Shown here in pieces: positions 19,717-31,068 of a DNA stretch of 39,648 nt; the first letter of the stretch is position 1; each line of letters begins with the position of its first letter. The notes under the pieces were generated by a model. It had not been told where the DNA came from and searched no databases. It worked only from the letters and a program-made list of their open reading frames with translations. This DNA is from Calditrichaceae bacterium (GTDB lineage: Bacteria; Calditrichota; Calditrichia; Calditrichales; JBFXGD01): assembly GCA_050178385.1 (NCBI GenBank), contig JBFXGD010000013.1:1-39648 (forward strand). Reading direction: 5' to 3'. The position numbers were made by a program, and so were the translations under genes.

Positions 19717-20541
19717 CTATTTACGCCGCTTCACAATAAACGCATCAGATTGTTTTCTTTTCTTACGTGTTTTCAAACCTTTACTTAACTGGCCCCATGG
19801 CGAACACGGATGACGCCCGCCAGAAGTTTTACCTTCTCCACCGCCCATCGGGTGGTCAATGGGATTCATTGCGACACCTCTTACATTCGGACGGCGTCCA
19901 AGCCATCTCGAACGTCCGGCTTTTCCTATGGAAATATTCATATGATCAACATTGGATACCTGGCCGATCGTCGCATAGCAATTAGCATGAATTTTTCGAA
20001 CTTCACCGGAAGGCAGCTTAACCATCGCGAATTTACCTTCTTTTGCCACTAATTGTGCTGATACGCCGGCGCTTCTCACAAGCTGCGCACCTTTTTTAAC
20101 CTTTAATTCAATTCCGAATATTCTTAAGCCGACAGGAATTTTCTCCAATGGAAGCGAATTTCCTATTTTTATCTCTACATTTTCGCCGGAAAGAACTTTA
20201 TCACCTACCTTTAAACCATCAGCAGCCAGAACATATCTTTTTTCACCATCTGCATAGTTCAAAAGAGCGATTCTTGCAGTCCTGTTTGGATCATATTCAA
20301 TAGAGGCGACGGTTGCCGGAATATCAAATTTATTTCTTTTAAAATCTATAATTCTGTAACGTCTTTTATGACCGCCTCCGCGATGAAACGCAGTCACACG
20401 TCCATTATTATTTCTTCCACCTGTCTTATTTAGACTTTCGGTTAGTGATTTTTCAGGTTTTGATTCTGTTATTTGAGCAAAATCACTTACCGTCTTATAT
20501 CTTTGACCAGGTGTAATTGGTTTAAAACTTTTAATTCCCAT
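19717..20541 (-). CDS. rplB: 50S ribosomal protein L2
   Basis: [23 protein letters not shown]. Confidence 0.99.
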   Translation of the reverse strand: MGIKSFKPITPGQRYKTVSDFAQITESKPEKSLTESLNKTGGRNNNGRVTAFHRGGGHKRRYRIIDFKRNKFDIPATVASIEYDPNRTARIALLNYADGEKRYVLAADGLKVGDKVLSGENVEIKIGNSLPLEKIPVGLRIFGIELKVKKGAQLVRSAGVSAQLVAKEGKFAMVKLPSGEVRKIHANCYATIGQVSNVDHMNISIGKAGRSRWLGRRPNVRGVAMNPIDHPMGGGEGKTSGGRHPCSPWGQLSKGLKTRKKRKQSDAFIVKRRK

Positions 20542-20562
20542 TTATAAACCCCGTATCTCGAA

Positions 20563-20862
20563 TTAGGCGTTACCAAACAAATCTAATTTATGACCGCTTT
20601 CAAGTGTGACGATAGCCTTTTTCCATGAAGGGCGACGACCATAAAAGCGACCCTTTTTTGTCATTTGCTGGCGCATTTTCCCAACAACGTTCATTACCTT
20701 CACAGATTTTACTTTCACATCGAACCGGCTTTCAACTTCACTTTTAATTTCTATCCGATTCGATTCTTTACCTACTTCAAAGCCGTACTTGTTGAGACTT
20801 TCCTGCAAACCGGCAAGTTTTTCAGTATACAACGGTCTGATTATTATTCTCTTTTTTTTCAT
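20563..20862 (-). CDS. rplW: 50S ribosomal protein L23
   Basis: RPLYTEK, FDVKVKSV, WKKAIVTL; 1-nt TAATG overlap with rplD. Confidence 0.97.
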   Translation of the reverse strand: MKKKRIIIRPLYTEKLAGLQESLNKYGFEVGKESNRIEIKSEVESRFDVKVKSVKVMNVVGKMRQQMTKKGRFYGRRPSWKKAIVTLESGHKLDLFGNA

Positions 20863-21488
20863 TAGCCTAGCACCTCATTAACTTTTTCGAGCGCGCCTTC
20901 CTGAATCAATATTGTATCTGCTTTCAACAAATCATAAGTGGAAAACGTAATTGATTCCCTTACCTGCACCCTGAACAAATTTGAAGATGACTTAACGATA
21001 TTCTTCGACAAATCCGATGTACATATCAATACGTTTTTATTATCAAGATTAAAAGCGGATACAAGACTCATAATTTTCTTGGTAGACGGAACTTCGTAAT
21101 TAAAATCCTTGATGACTTTAATTTTGTTTTCACGAATTTTATAGGCCAATACTGAACGACGGGCAAGCTGCTTGACTTTTTTGTTCACCTTCATCGTATA
21201 GGTTCTCGGTTCCGGACCAAATACACGTCCACCGCCTACATGATGCGGCGCGCGGCTAGTTCCCTGTCTGGCGCGGCCAGTTCCTTTCTGACGAAACGGT
21301 TTTTTCCCACCACCGGATACATACGAACGGCCCTTGGTTGCATGCGTACCTTGTCGTTGATTCGCACGAATCAACTTCACATCAAGCCAAATCGCATGGT
21401 CATTCGGCTCAGCGGCAAATACAGTATCTTTTAATTCAACCTGCTTTGACGTCTCTTTGCCATCTAGTTCATATACTTTAAGCTTCAT
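20862..21488 (-). CDS. rplD: 50S ribosomal protein L4
   Basis: RQGTHATK, GGGKKPFRQKGTGRARQG. Confidence 0.99.
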   Translation of the reverse strand: MKLKVYELDGKETSKQVELKDTVFAAEPNDHAIWLDVKLIRANQRQGTHATKGRSYVSGGGKKPFRQKGTGRARQGTSRAPHHVGGGRVFGPEPRTYTMKVNKKVKQLARRSVLAYKIRENKIKVIKDFNYEVPSTKKIMSLVSAFNLDNKNVLICTSDLSKNIVKSSSNLFRVQVRESITFSTYDLLKADTILIQEGALEKVNEVLG

Positions 21489-21516
21489 TATACTTTACCT
21501 TGAATCTAATATTTGC

Positions 21517-22134
21517 CTATTTTTTTATTTCCAACAATGTATTTTTCGAACCGGGTACAGAACCTTTCAAAAACAGCAGATTATTCTCTGCATCAACTTT
21601 TACAACTTGGACACTCTTCAGAGTCGTACGCGCGTTACCCATGCGTCCGGCCATTTTCAGGCCTTTAAATACCCGGGAAGGATATGAGCTTTGCCCAAGT
21701 GACCCCGGAGCGCGCAGCCTGTCAGACTGACCATGTGTTTTCGGTCCGCCTGCAAAACCATGCCGCTTAACCCCGCCCTGGAATCCTTTACCCTTACTTA
21801 ATCCGGACACCCTTACCTGCATACCCGGCGTAAAGATATCAGCCTTGATCTCGGAACCAAGTTCGGCGTTTTCAAGATCGCCGCTTTCAAACTCCCTGAT
21901 AAACTTTTTCGGCGTCACAGATACTTTTTTAAAGTGACCCTTTAGCGGTTTTGATACCTTTTTTTCTTTTGCATCTAAAAAGCTTAACTGGACTGCATCG
22001 TATCCATCAGTTTCTTTTGTCTTAATCTGGGTGACATAACACGGACCCGCTTCCACGACCGTCACGACGACAACGATGCCTTTGTCGTCAAACATTTGAG
22101 TCATCCCTATTTTGCGTCCTAAAATACCAGACAT
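21517..22134 (-). CDS. rplC: 50S ribosomal protein L3
   Basis: GRKIGMTQ, SKGKGFQG, RAPGS, KMAGRMG. Start set at ATG 22134 (GGAG RBS) rather than 22146. Confidence 0.99.
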   Translation of the reverse strand: MSGILGRKIGMTQMFDDKGIVVVVTVVEAGPCYVTQIKTKETDGYDAVQLSFLDAKEKKVSKPLKGHFKKVSVTPKKFIREFESGDLENAELGSEIKADIFTPGMQVRVSGLSKGKGFQGGVKRHGFAGGPKTHGQSDRLRAPGSLGQSSYPSRVFKGLKMAGRMGNARTTLKSVQVVKVDAENNLLFLKGSVPGSKNTLLEIKK

Positions 22135-22160
22135 TATTTTCTCCAAAGATTGAAGCTATT

Positions 22161-22469
22161 TCAGGTTTTTATTTCAATATCAACGCCAGCCGGAAGCTCT
22201 AATTTCATCAGAGCGTCTACCGTTTTGCTGGTCGCATTCAAGATATCGATCAGTCTCTTATGAATTCTTGTTTCAAACTGCTCACGTGATTTTTTATCTA
22301 CATGCGGTGAACGTAAAACTGTGTAAACTGATCGGTCTGTCGGCAAAGGAATCGGTCCGGAAATCAATGCTCCTGTCGATCTTGCCGTTCTAATAATCTT
22401 ATCAGTCGATTTATCAATCAGATTATGATCGTAAGCCTTTAACCGAATTCTAATGCTTTGACTGGCCAC
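22161..22469 (-). CDS. rpsJ: 30S ribosomal protein S10
   Basis: [31 protein letters not shown]. Start set at GTG 22469 (GGAG RBS). Confidence 0.99.
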   Translation of the reverse strand: MASQSIRIRLKAYDHNLIDKSTDKIIRTARSTGALISGPIPLPTDRSVYTVLRSPHVDKKSREQFETRIHKRLIDILNATSKTVDALMKLELPAGVDIEIKT

Positions 22470-22518
22470 AACTTTCTCCACTAATTATTTGTTAAATGTG
22501 CAACTAAACATCCTTGCA

Positions 22519-23709
22519 CTATGCAATAATCTCCGATACAACTCCGGCTCCCACCGTACGCCCGCCTTCACGGATCGCGAAACGCAGTTCCTTCTCCATG
22601 GCGATCTCTTTCAGCAACTCGATCTCAACCGTTATGTTATCACCAGGCATAACCATTTCCACGCCTGCAGGCATATTCACCATCCCGGTAACATCGGTTG
22701 TACGGAAATAAAACTGCGGACGATAACCGTTAAAGAACGGAGTATGACGTCCACCTTCTTCTTTTGTCAATACGTATACTTCACCTTTGAATTTGGTATG
22801 AGGCTTAATTGATCCGCCTTTGGCCAGAACCATTCCGCGTTCGATCTCTTCTTTTGTTACACCGCGCAGCAGAAGACCAACATTATCTCCCGCCTCACCG
22901 CGATCAAGCAATTTGCGGAACATCTCAACACCCGTTACAACCGTCTTGCGATGAGCTCCCAAACCAATCATCTCTACTTCTTCACCAACCGTAACAATAC
23001 CGCGTTCAATCCTGCCTGTCGCCACCGTACCGCGACCGGTAATCGAGAACACATCTTCAACCGGCATCAGGAACGGCTTATCAACATCACGCTGCGGAGT
23101 CGGAATGTATGCGTCAACCGCATCCATCAACTCAAAAATACATTTATTTGCTTCGTCATCTTCCGGATTATTCAAGGCGTTTAATGCGCTGCCTTTTATA
23201 ATAGGTATGTCATCACCGGGAAATTCATATGACGACAGAAGTTCACGCAATTCGAGTTCAACCAGCTCCAACAACTCAGGATCATCAACCTGATCAACCT
23301 TATTCATAAACACAACGATATAAGGCACATTTACCTGACGGGCAAGCAAAACATGCTCACGGGTCTGCGGCATGGGACCATCGGCAGCACTCACCACCAG
23401 AATCGCTCCGTCCATCTGGGCAGCACCGGTAATCATGTTCTTTACATAATCGGCGTGACCGGGACAGTCAACATGCGCATAATGCCGGTTGGCTGTTGCA
23501 TACTCAACATGAGCCGTCGCAATAGTAATACCGCGTTCGCGTTCTTCCGGAGCATTGTCAATACTATCAAAGCTGCGGAAGGATGCTGTACCTTTCTTGG
23601 CAAGCGTCTGTGTAATCGCTGCCGTCAATGTTGTCTTACCATGATCAACGTGACCGATCGTTCCAATATTTACATGGGGCTTACTTCTATCAAATTTTTC
23701 CTTAGCCAT
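22519..23709 (-). CDS. tuf: Elongation factor Tu (str-operon copy)
   Basis: [32 protein letters not shown]. Confidence 0.99.
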   Translation of the reverse strand: MAKEKFDRSKPHVNIGTIGHVDHGKTTLTAAITQTLAKKGTASFRSFDSIDNAPEERERGITIATAHVEYATANRHYAHVDCPGHADYVKNMITGAAQMDGAILVVSAADGPMPQTREHVLLARQVNVPYIVVFMNKVDQVDDPELLELVELELRELLSSYEFPGDDIPIIKGSALNALNNPEDDEANKCIFELMDAVDAYIPTPQRDVDKPFLMPVEDVFSITGRGTVATGRIERGIVTVGEEVEMIGLGAHRKTVVTGVEMFRKLLDRGEAGDNVGLLLRGVTKEEIERGMVLAKGGSIKPHTKFKGEVYVLTKEEGGRHTPFFNGYRPQFYFRTTDVTGMVNMPAGVEMVMPGDNITVEIELLKEIAMEKELRFAIREGGRTVGAGVVSEIIA

Positions 23710-23736
23710 CTTTCCTCCAGGACATTTCTTCTAATT

Positions 23737-25827
23737 CTATGATCGGGATGTACGTTGCGATTTCTCTACTATTTCATCCGCAACGCTTTGAGGCACTTTC
23801 TCATAATGAGAGAACTGCATCGTATAAATAGCCCGGCCCTGAGTGACCGAACGCAATGCGGTAGCATACCCGAACATCTCACTCAACGCAACCATTCCAT
23901 TTACAACCTGAGCATCTTTTCTTGGCAATATACCGGAAATTTTACCTCTTCTGGAGTTCAAATCCCCTATGACATCACCCAAATACTCTTCCGGTACAAT
24001 TATTTCTATACTAAAAATCGGTTCAAGAAGAGCAGGGCCAGCCTTTTTTGCAGCGTTCTGCAAGGCCATCGATCCGGCAATCTTAAACGCCATTTCGCTT
24101 GAATCTACATCATGATATGACCCATCAAATAAACGGGCCTTTATATCTTCCATCGGATACCCGGCGAGCACACCGTTTTTCAACGCTCCCTCAATTCCCT
24201 GCTTAACCGAATTGATATACTCTCTCGGAATTACTCCGCCAACAACATTATCAATAAACTCAAATCCCTTACCCGGTTCATTTGGCTCAACATCGATAAC
24301 CACATGTCCATACTGACCGCGGCCGCCGGACTGACGAACAAACTTACCTTCAGCTTCAACTTTTTTGGTTATTGTTTCCTTGTAAGCGACCTGCGGCTTA
24401 CCGACATTTGCACTAACCTTAAACTCACGCAAAAGCCTGTCAACAATAATTTCCAAATGCAACTCACCCATACCGCTGATAATTGTTTGCCCTGTTTCTT
24501 CGTCCGTTCTTACGTGAAAAGTTGGATCTTCATCACTCAATTTCACCAAAGACTGACTAAGCTTATCCTGATCGGCTTTCGTTTTCGGCTCGACTGCTAC
24601 AGCAATCACCGGTTCAGGGAAGTGCATCTTCTCAAGCACAATCTGTTTACTTTCATCGCAAAGCGTATCACCGGTACGCGTATTTTTCAATCCTACAATC
24701 GCAGCGATATCACCCGTTGAGATTTCTTCGATATCCTCTCTGTGATTCGCATGCATCTGCAGAAGACGCCCGACCCGCTCTTTTTTCTCACTTACACTAT
24801 TATATATATAGGATCCAGCTTTCAAAGATCCTGAATAAACACGAACAAAGGTTAAACGACCCACAAACGGATCGACCATGATCTTAAAAGCCAATGCTGA
24901 GAATGGCGCATCATCCAGTGCTTTTCTCGTGATCTTTTCTTCTGTCCTGGGATTCAACCCTTCTACGTCCGAAAGATCTTTTGGCGACGGCAAATAATCA
25001 ACGACACCATCGAGAAGACGCTGCACACCTTTATTTTTAAACGCGGAACCACAAAATACCGGTGTTATTTTTAAGTCAATAATCGCTTTTCGAATGGCTT
25101 TTTTCAATTCATCCTTGCCAATCTCTTCGCCATCAAGATATTTTATCATCAATTCTTCATCATACTCCGCAACAGCCTCGATGATATCATTCCTGTACTT
25201 TTCCGCTTTTTCAATCAATCCTTTTGGGATTTCTCCAACCTCAAACAACGCACCAAGAGAGCCGTCATTATATAAAACAGAATTCATCTCTACCAGATCC
25301 ACTAAACCGGTAAACAAATCCCCTTCGCCTATTGGAATCTGCAAAGGAACAGGATTTGAACCAAGCTTTTGCTTCATCATTTCAAGCACATTGTAAAAAT
25401 CGGCGCCAATTCGATCCATTTTATTCACAAAAGCAATTCTGGGCACATGATACTTATCTGCCTGACGCCATACAGTCTCAGATTGAGGCTCAACGCCTCC
25501 GACAGCGCAAAACAGAGCAACCGCTCCATCCAAAACCCTTAAAGAACGCTCAACTTCGACCGTAAAATCCACGTGACCCGGGGTATCAATAATGTTTATA
25601 ACATGATCTTTCCACAGGGCCGTTGTCGCGGCCGACGTAATCGTTATACCACGCTCTTTCTCCTGCTCCATCCAATCCATCGTGGCTGCGCCATCGTGTA
25701 CCTCACCCATACGATGCAGTCGTCCTGTATAAAACAGAATACGTTCAGTCGTAGTGGTTTTTCCGGCGTCGATATGCGCCATAATACCTATATTTCTAAT
25801 TTTTTCTTTATTAACAATCTTGCTCAT
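23737..25827 (-). CDS. fusA: Elongation factor G
   Basis: [34 protein letters not shown]. Confidence 0.99.
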   Translation of the reverse strand: MSKIVNKEKIRNIGIMAHIDAGKTTTTERILFYTGRLHRMGEVHDGAATMDWMEQEKERGITITSAATTALWKDHVINIIDTPGHVDFTVEVERSLRVLDGAVALFCAVGGVEPQSETVWRQADKYHVPRIAFVNKMDRIGADFYNVLEMMKQKLGSNPVPLQIPIGEGDLFTGLVDLVEMNSVLYNDGSLGALFEVGEIPKGLIEKAEKYRNDIIEAVAEYDEELMIKYLDGEEIGKDELKKAIRKAIIDLKITPVFCGSAFKNKGVQRLLDGVVDYLPSPKDLSDVEGLNPRTEEKITRKALDDAPFSALAFKIMVDPFVGRLTFVRVYSGSLKAGSYIYNSVSEKKERVGRLLQMHANHREDIEEISTGDIAAIVGLKNTRTGDTLCDESKQIVLEKMHFPEPVIAVAVEPKTKADQDKLSQSLVKLSDEDPTFHVRTDEETGQTIISGMGELHLEIIVDRLLREFKVSANVGKPQVAYKETITKKVEAEGKFVRQSGGRGQYGHVVIDVEPNEPGKGFEFIDNVVGGVIPREYINSVKQGIEGALKNGVLAGYPMEDIKARLFDGSYHDVDSSEMAFKIAGSMALQNAAKKAGPALLEPIFSIEIIVPEEYLGDVIGDLNSRRGKISGILPRKDAQVVNGMVALSEMFGYATALRSVTQGRAIYTMQFSHYEKVPQSVADEIVEKSQRTSRS

Positions 25828-25843
25828 ATTTCCTATCTATCCT

Positions 25844-26314
25844 CTACCACCGGAAATGCGCAAATGCCTTATTGGCTTCTGCCATCTTGTGGGTATCTTC
25901 TCTTTTCTTAACTGTAGTACCTTCGTTTTTCCAGGCGGCCAATAACTCATTAGCCAGTCTTTCCGCCATCGTTTTTTCGCTTCTCAGCCTTGAGAAACGC
26001 ACCAGCCAGCGGATTGCCAAAGCCTGACGGCGATTTTCCCTGACTTCTACAGGAACCTGGTATGTCGCACCACCCACACGTCTTGATTTCACTTCGACCA
26101 TCGGCGCCACATTTTCCATCGCCTTTTTAAAAACGGTTAGAGGATTTTCCTTCCCTCTCTGCTCCACCAAATCCATTGCTGCATAAAAAGATTTTTCCGC
26201 AACGCTTTTTTGACCGCTCTTCATTAACCCATTTATAAATTTTGCAACTACAATATCTTTATATTTTGGATCTGGCAGTATCGATCTTTTTTGTGCTCTT
26301 CTTCTTCTCGGCAT
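25844..26314 (-). CDS. rpsG: 30S ribosomal protein S7
   Basis: [25 protein letters not shown]. Confidence 0.99.
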   Translation of the reverse strand: MPRRRRAQKRSILPDPKYKDIVVAKFINGLMKSGQKSVAEKSFYAAMDLVEQRGKENPLTVFKKAMENVAPMVEVKSRRVGGATYQVPVEVRENRRQALAIRWLVRFSRLRSEKTMAERLANELLAAWKNEGTTVKKREDTHKMAEANKAFAHFRW

Positions 26315-26335
26315 ATCAACTCCACATTACCCTAA

Positions 26336-26710
26336 TTAAGATTTCGGTTTTTTCGTACCATACTTTGAACGAGACTTTTTCCTGTCGTTCACTCCGCTCG
26401 TATCCAATGTCCCGCGAATGATATGATAACGAACACCAGGTAAATCCTTTACACGGCCGCCTCTGATTAAAACGATAGAGTGTTCCTGAAGATTATGTCC
26501 CTCACCCGGGATATATGCTGTCACTTCAATACCATTCGTTAATCGTACACGAGCAACCTTACGCAACGCTGAATTCGGTTTTTTAGGAGTTGTAGTGTAT
26601 ACGCGCGTACAAACACCTCGCTTTTGCGGACACGCACCAAGCGCCGGCGCTTTATTCGTTTTCGTTACAACTTTTCTGCCATGCCGAATCAACTGATTAA
26701 TAGTAGGCAA
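26336..26710 (-). CDS. rpsL: 30S ribosomal protein S12
   Basis: [33 protein letters not shown] start with GGAGG RBS. Confidence 0.99.
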   Translation of the reverse strand: MPTINQLIRHGRKVVTKTNKAPALGACPQKRGVCTRVYTTTPKKPNSALRKVARVRLTNGIEVTAYIPGEGHNLQEHSIVLIRGGRVKDLPGVRYHIIRGTLDTSGVNDRKKSRSKYGTKKPKS

Positions 26711-26739
26711 ACCATACCTCCAAAAAATTACAGATTGAC

Positions 26740-26768
26740 AATATAATATATTTAATTTACCATTTCAA
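26740..26768 (-). promoter_or_regulatory. Putative sigma70 promoter of the str operon
   Basis: Minus strand TTGAAA (26768-26763), 17 nt spacer, TATATT (26745-26740), with AT-rich upstream sequence, in the rpoC-rpsL spacer. Confidence 0.6.
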
Positions 26769-26785
26769 GAACATTTTTCACTTTT

Positions 26786-29700
26786 TTAAAGCTGTTCAAC
26801 GGGTGTATCCAGTGCTCCGGAAAGCTCTTCTTCGCTGTCATCTTCCTGCTCAATTATCATTCTCATATCATTGTATTTGGACAATCCCGTTCCAGCAGGA
26901 ATCAGATGTCCCATGATAACATTCTCTTTCAAGCCGATAAGCCCGTCTTCTTTTCCTGCCGTGGCCGCATCTGTTAATACCTGAGTTGTTTCCTGGAACG
27001 ATGCCGCAGAAATAAAACTCTTTGTCGTCAAGGCTGCCTGTGTGATTCCCAATAATATAGGAGTAAAAGATGATGGACGCGCCTTGCGGTATTTTACCGG
27101 ATTTTTTTTGTCCTTTTTCAGATCGCGGTTAATCGATTCAACTGTTTTCCGATCCGACTCAGAGCCTTCTCTGTATAGTGAATCTCCTGGATCCGTGACG
27201 ATAATTTTATTGGAGATACGGGCATTTTCTTCAAAGAAATCGACTTTATGCACCTGATCTCCATCGAGGAATCGCGTATCACCCGAATCCTTAACCCTAA
27301 CCTTCTGGAGCATCTGTCGTACAATGATTCCGATATGCTTATCATTGATTTTCACGCCCTGCAGACGATACACTTCCTGGATTTCATTCACCATATATTC
27401 CTGTACTTTCCCAGGTCCTTTAATGGCAAGAATATCATCCGGTGAGATCGCTCCGTCGGTCATACGCTCTCCGGCTTCCACCAGATCGTTTTCGTGTACC
27501 AGAATATGCATCCCGTGGGGGATTAAGTATTTTTTGGACTCATGTTCAGATTCCACATTTATTTCGCGAACACCACGCTTAACAGGTCCGAATTTAATAT
27601 ATCCGTCGATTTCGCTGACCACAGCTTTTTCCTTTGGCTGACGCGCTTCAAAAAGCTCGGCAACACGCGGAAGACCACCTGTAATATCCCTTGTCTTTCC
27701 AATTTCACGCGGGATTTTTACCAACAGATCACCCGCATTTACCTGATCATTATTATTAACCTGTAGAAAAGCTTTTACTGGTATAATATATTGACCCAGT
27801 TTTTCGCCATTTTCGTCATGTATGGAAATATAAGGATTCAGATTTTTATTTTTCGATTCAATTATGACTCTCTGCTTCCGTCCGGTCTGTTCATCTAATT
27901 CCTCACGGAATGTAATGTTTTCCAGAATATCCTGGAAAGAAACCGTACCAGACTTATCAGCAATTATGACGGATGAATATGGATCCCAGTCAAAAAGTAT
28001 TTCACCGCGCTTTATATCAGCGCTATTTTTGCATTTCAATGTAGCTCCGTATGCTACATTATAGGTATTGATAGTTCTGTTGTCATTATCCATAATCTCA
28101 ATCTTACCGTTCCTGCCAATAACAACTTCATCACCATTCACACTTGTCACAACTTTCAGATTGACGAACTTTACCTTACCGTCTGCTTTTGACACAATAT
28201 GCGATTCAGCAGCAATATGCCCGGCGGTACCACCGATATGGAAAGTACGCAGAGTCAGCTGTGTACCAGGCTCACCAATACTCTGAGCAGCCATAACACC
28301 TACAGCCTCTCCGTTCTCAACCAGCTGTCCTGTTGCAAGGTTACGACCGTAACACATGCCACAGATACCCTGTTTTGATTCACACGTCAGCTCTGTCCGG
28401 ACGCGTACTACTTCAATTGCCGAGTTCGTTATCTTATCGGCAGCCAGTTCATCAATAATATTCCCGCGTGTGAGAACCACTTCATTCGTGACCGGATCAA
28501 TAATATCAGCTGCTGCAACTCGTCCAAGAACGCGATCTGACAACGGCTCAATAATTTCTTCACCTTCCTTGAGATCTGTAATATCTATCCCAAGAATAGT
28601 ACCGCAATCCACTTCCGTAATGATCACGTCCTGCGCAACATCCACAAGTCTTCTCGTCAGGTAACCGGCATCTGCAGTCTTTAACGCTGTATCAGCCAAA
28701 CCTTTACGAGCACCGTGAGTTGAGATAAAGTATTCGATAACTGACAGGCCTTCAAGGAAGTTTGCAGTAATAGGATTCTCAATAATTTCACCTGTTTGAC
28801 CCGTTAAGGATTTCTGAGGCTTAGCCATCAAACCACGCATACCCGCAAGCTGCCGTATCTGCTCTTTGCTGCCTCGCGCGCCTGAATCTGACATCATATA
28901 GAGCGGGTTAAATCCGTCTCTGTTTCTTTTTAGTTTTTCAAACATAGTCTCGGCAACATTCGCAGTGACCCTGGTCCAGATATCGATAATTTTATTATAT
29001 CTTTCGCCATCGGTAATAATACCACGATTGTACTGATCCTGAATCTCATCAACTTCTTCCTGTGCCATTTTCACTAGAATATTTTTTTCCGGTGAAATGA
29101 TGATATCCGACAGTCCAACCGATGAACCGGACTTCATGGCATACGTGAATCCGAGAGCTTTCAGGTTATCAAGAAATTCTGCTGTCACCTTGTTGCCGGC
29201 AACGCGATAACAATCTGATATAATCTCAGTAATGGTTTTCTTCGAAAGAAGTTTATTTACATAACCTATTTCATCCGGAACGATTTCATTGAAAATAACG
29301 CGCCCCGTAGTCGTTTCAATTATTTCACCTTTGATACGCACTTTAATTTTTGCGTGAAGACTTATTTTTTCATTATTATACGCGGCGACAACTTCTTCTT
29401 CCGAAGAAAATATCATGCCTTCACCCTTCGCGCCGGGAAGCATCTTTGCAAGGTAATAACACCCCAGTACAATATCCTGACTCGGTATCGCCACGGGTTT
29501 GCCGTTTGCCGGTGACAGAATATTATGACTCGACAACATCAGCATTTTTGTTTCAACCTGCGCTTCATATGAAAGCGGAATATGTACAGCCATCTGATCA
29601 CCGTCAAAGTCGGCGTTAAATGCAGAACAGACCAGTGGATGGATTCGAATGGCTTTTCCCTCAATCAAAACAGGTTGAAATGCCTGAATACCCAGCCTGT

Positions 29701-31018
29701 GAAGAGTTGGCGCGCGGTTTAATAATACCGGATGATCTTCAATGATCTCCTCAAGAATATCCCATACTTCAGGACCGCGACGCTCAACCAGCTTTTTCGC
29801 GCTTTTTACGGTTTTTACAAAACGGCGTTCAACAAGTTTGCGAATAATAAACGGCTTGAACAGCTCAATGGCCATATCTTTTGGCAAACCGCACTCATGC
29901 AGCTTTAACTCAGGTCCCACTACAATAACCGACCGACCGGAATAGTCAACGCGTTTACCAAGCAAATTCTGGCGGAACCGCCCTTGCTTACCTTTTAACA
30001 TATCTGATAACGATTTTAAAGGACGATCACCATCCGACCGCATTGCAGCCGATCTTTTTGAATTGTCAAAAAGTGAATCGACCGATTCCTGCAGCATTCT
30101 CTTTTCATTTCTTAAAATGACTTCAGGAGCCTTGATTTCAAGCAACTTTTTCAATCGGTTGTTCCGGATAATCACGCGTCTGTAAAGATCATTCAAGTCA
30201 CTTGTCGCAAACCGCCCGCCCTCAAGAGGAACCAAAGGCCTTAATTCAGGTGGAATTACCGGGATAACATCCAGAATCATCCATTCGGGCCTGTTTCGAT
30301 ATTCTGTATTTTCCTCTTTGACACGAAACGCTTCAACAACTTTTAGCCGTTTGAGAGCTTCCTGTTTTTTCTGTTCTGAAGTTTCGGACTTTACAACTTT
30401 TCTCAACTGCAGGGCCAGCTCTTCGATATCGAGCAGCTTTAACAGCTGATGGATTGCTTCGCCGCCAATTCTCGCGACAAATTTCTCCGGATCTTCATCG
30501 GTCAGCTCTTCATTCAAATCACCATGAGCATCCAGCTGATTGAAGTATTCTTCTTCGGTAATAAGTTCTTTAAATTTTAAATTGCTCTTCCCCGGATTGA
30601 CGATAACATAGTTTTCATAGTAGATCACTTTCTCCAGGTCTTTGGGCGACATATCAAGCAGATAGCCGATCTTGGAAGGCAATGATCTGAAGAACCAAAT
30701 ATGAACAACCGGCACCGCAAGGCTGATATGCCCCATACGTTCACGCCGCACAGCTTTCTGTGTAACTTCAACCCCGCAGCGGTCACAAATAATGCCTTTG
30801 TAGCGAATTCTTTTGTATTTCCCGCAATGACATTCCCAATCCTTTACCGGTCCAAATATTTTTTCGCAAAACAGCCCGTCTTTTTCGGGCTTGAAGGATC
30901 GGTAATTAATTGTCTCCGGCTTGGTAACTTCACCGTGTGACTGTTCTAAAATATCATTCGGTGATGCCAGGCCGATAATAATTTTGTTGAATCTATTTAG
31001 GCTTCTTTTAATCTGCAA
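26786..31018 (-). CDS. rpoC: RNA polymerase beta' subunit
   Basis: [12 protein letters not shown], Zn finger [26 protein letters not shown] start. Confidence 0.99.
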   Translation of the reverse strand: MQIKRSLNRFNKIIIGLASPNDILEQSHGEVTKPETINYRSFKPEKDGLFCEKIFGPVKDWECHCGKYKRIRYKGIICDRCGVEVTQKAVRRERMGHISLAVPVVHIWFFRSLPSKIGYLLDMSPKDLEKVIYYENYVIVNPGKSNLKFKELITEEEYFNQLDAHGDLNEELTDEDPEKFVARIGGEAIHQLLKLLDIEELALQLRKVVKSETSEQKKQEALKRLKVVEAFRVKEENTEYRNRPEWMILDVIPVIPPELRPLVPLEGGRFATSDLNDLYRRVIIRNNRLKKLLEIKAPEVILRNEKRMLQESVDSLFDNSKRSAAMRSDGDRPLKSLSDMLKGKQGRFRQNLLGKRVDYSGRSVIVVGPELKLHECGLPKDMAIELFKPFIIRKLVERRFVKTVKSAKKLVERRGPEVWDILEEIIEDHPVLLNRAPTLHRLGIQAFQPVLIEGKAIRIHPLVCSAFNADFDGDQMAVHIPLSYEAQVETKMLMLSSHNILSPANGKPVAIPSQDIVLGCYYLAKMLPGAKGEGMIFSSEEEVVAAYNNEKISLHAKIKVRIKGEIIETTTGRVIFNEIVPDEIGYVNKLLSKKTITEIISDCYRVAGNKVTAEFLDNLKALGFTYAMKSGSSVGLSDIIISPEKNILVKMAQEEVDEIQDQYNRGIITDGERYNKIIDIWTRVTANVAETMFEKLKRNRDGFNPLYMMSDSGARGSKEQIRQLAGMRGLMAKPQKSLTGQTGEIIENPITANFLEGLSVIEYFISTHGARKGLADTALKTADAGYLTRRLVDVAQDVIITEVDCGTILGIDITDLKEGEEIIEPLSDRVLGRVAAADIIDPVTNEVVLTRGNIIDELAADKITNSAIEVVRVRTELTCESKQGICGMCYGRNLATGQLVENGEAVGVMAAQSIGEPGTQLTLRTFHIGGTAGHIAAESHIVSKADGKVKFVNLKVVTSVNGDEVVIGRNGKIEIMDNDNRTINTYNVAYGATLKCKNSADIKRGEILFDWDPYSSVIIADKSGTVSFQDILENITFREELDEQTGRKQRVIIESKNKNLNPYISIHDENGEKLGQYIIPVKAFLQVNNNDQVNAGDLLVKIPREIGKTRDITGGLPRVAELFEARQPKEKAVVSEIDGYIKFGPVKRGVREINVESEHESKKYLIPHGMHILVHENDLVEAGERMTDGAISPDDILAIKGPGKVQEYMVNEIQEVYRLQGVKINDKHIGIIVRQMLQKVRVKDSGDTRFLDGDQVHKVDFFEENARISNKIIVTDPGDSLYREGSESDRKTVESINRDLKKDKKNPVKYRKARPSSFTPILLGITQAALTTKSFISAASFQETTQVLTDAATAGKEDGLIGLKENVIMGHLIPAGTGLSKYNDMRMIIEQEDDSEEELSGALDTPVEQL

Positions 31019-31068
31019 AATTACGACTCCTATTTATAAAAAACCTTACAGCAACCAACCATTGAACT

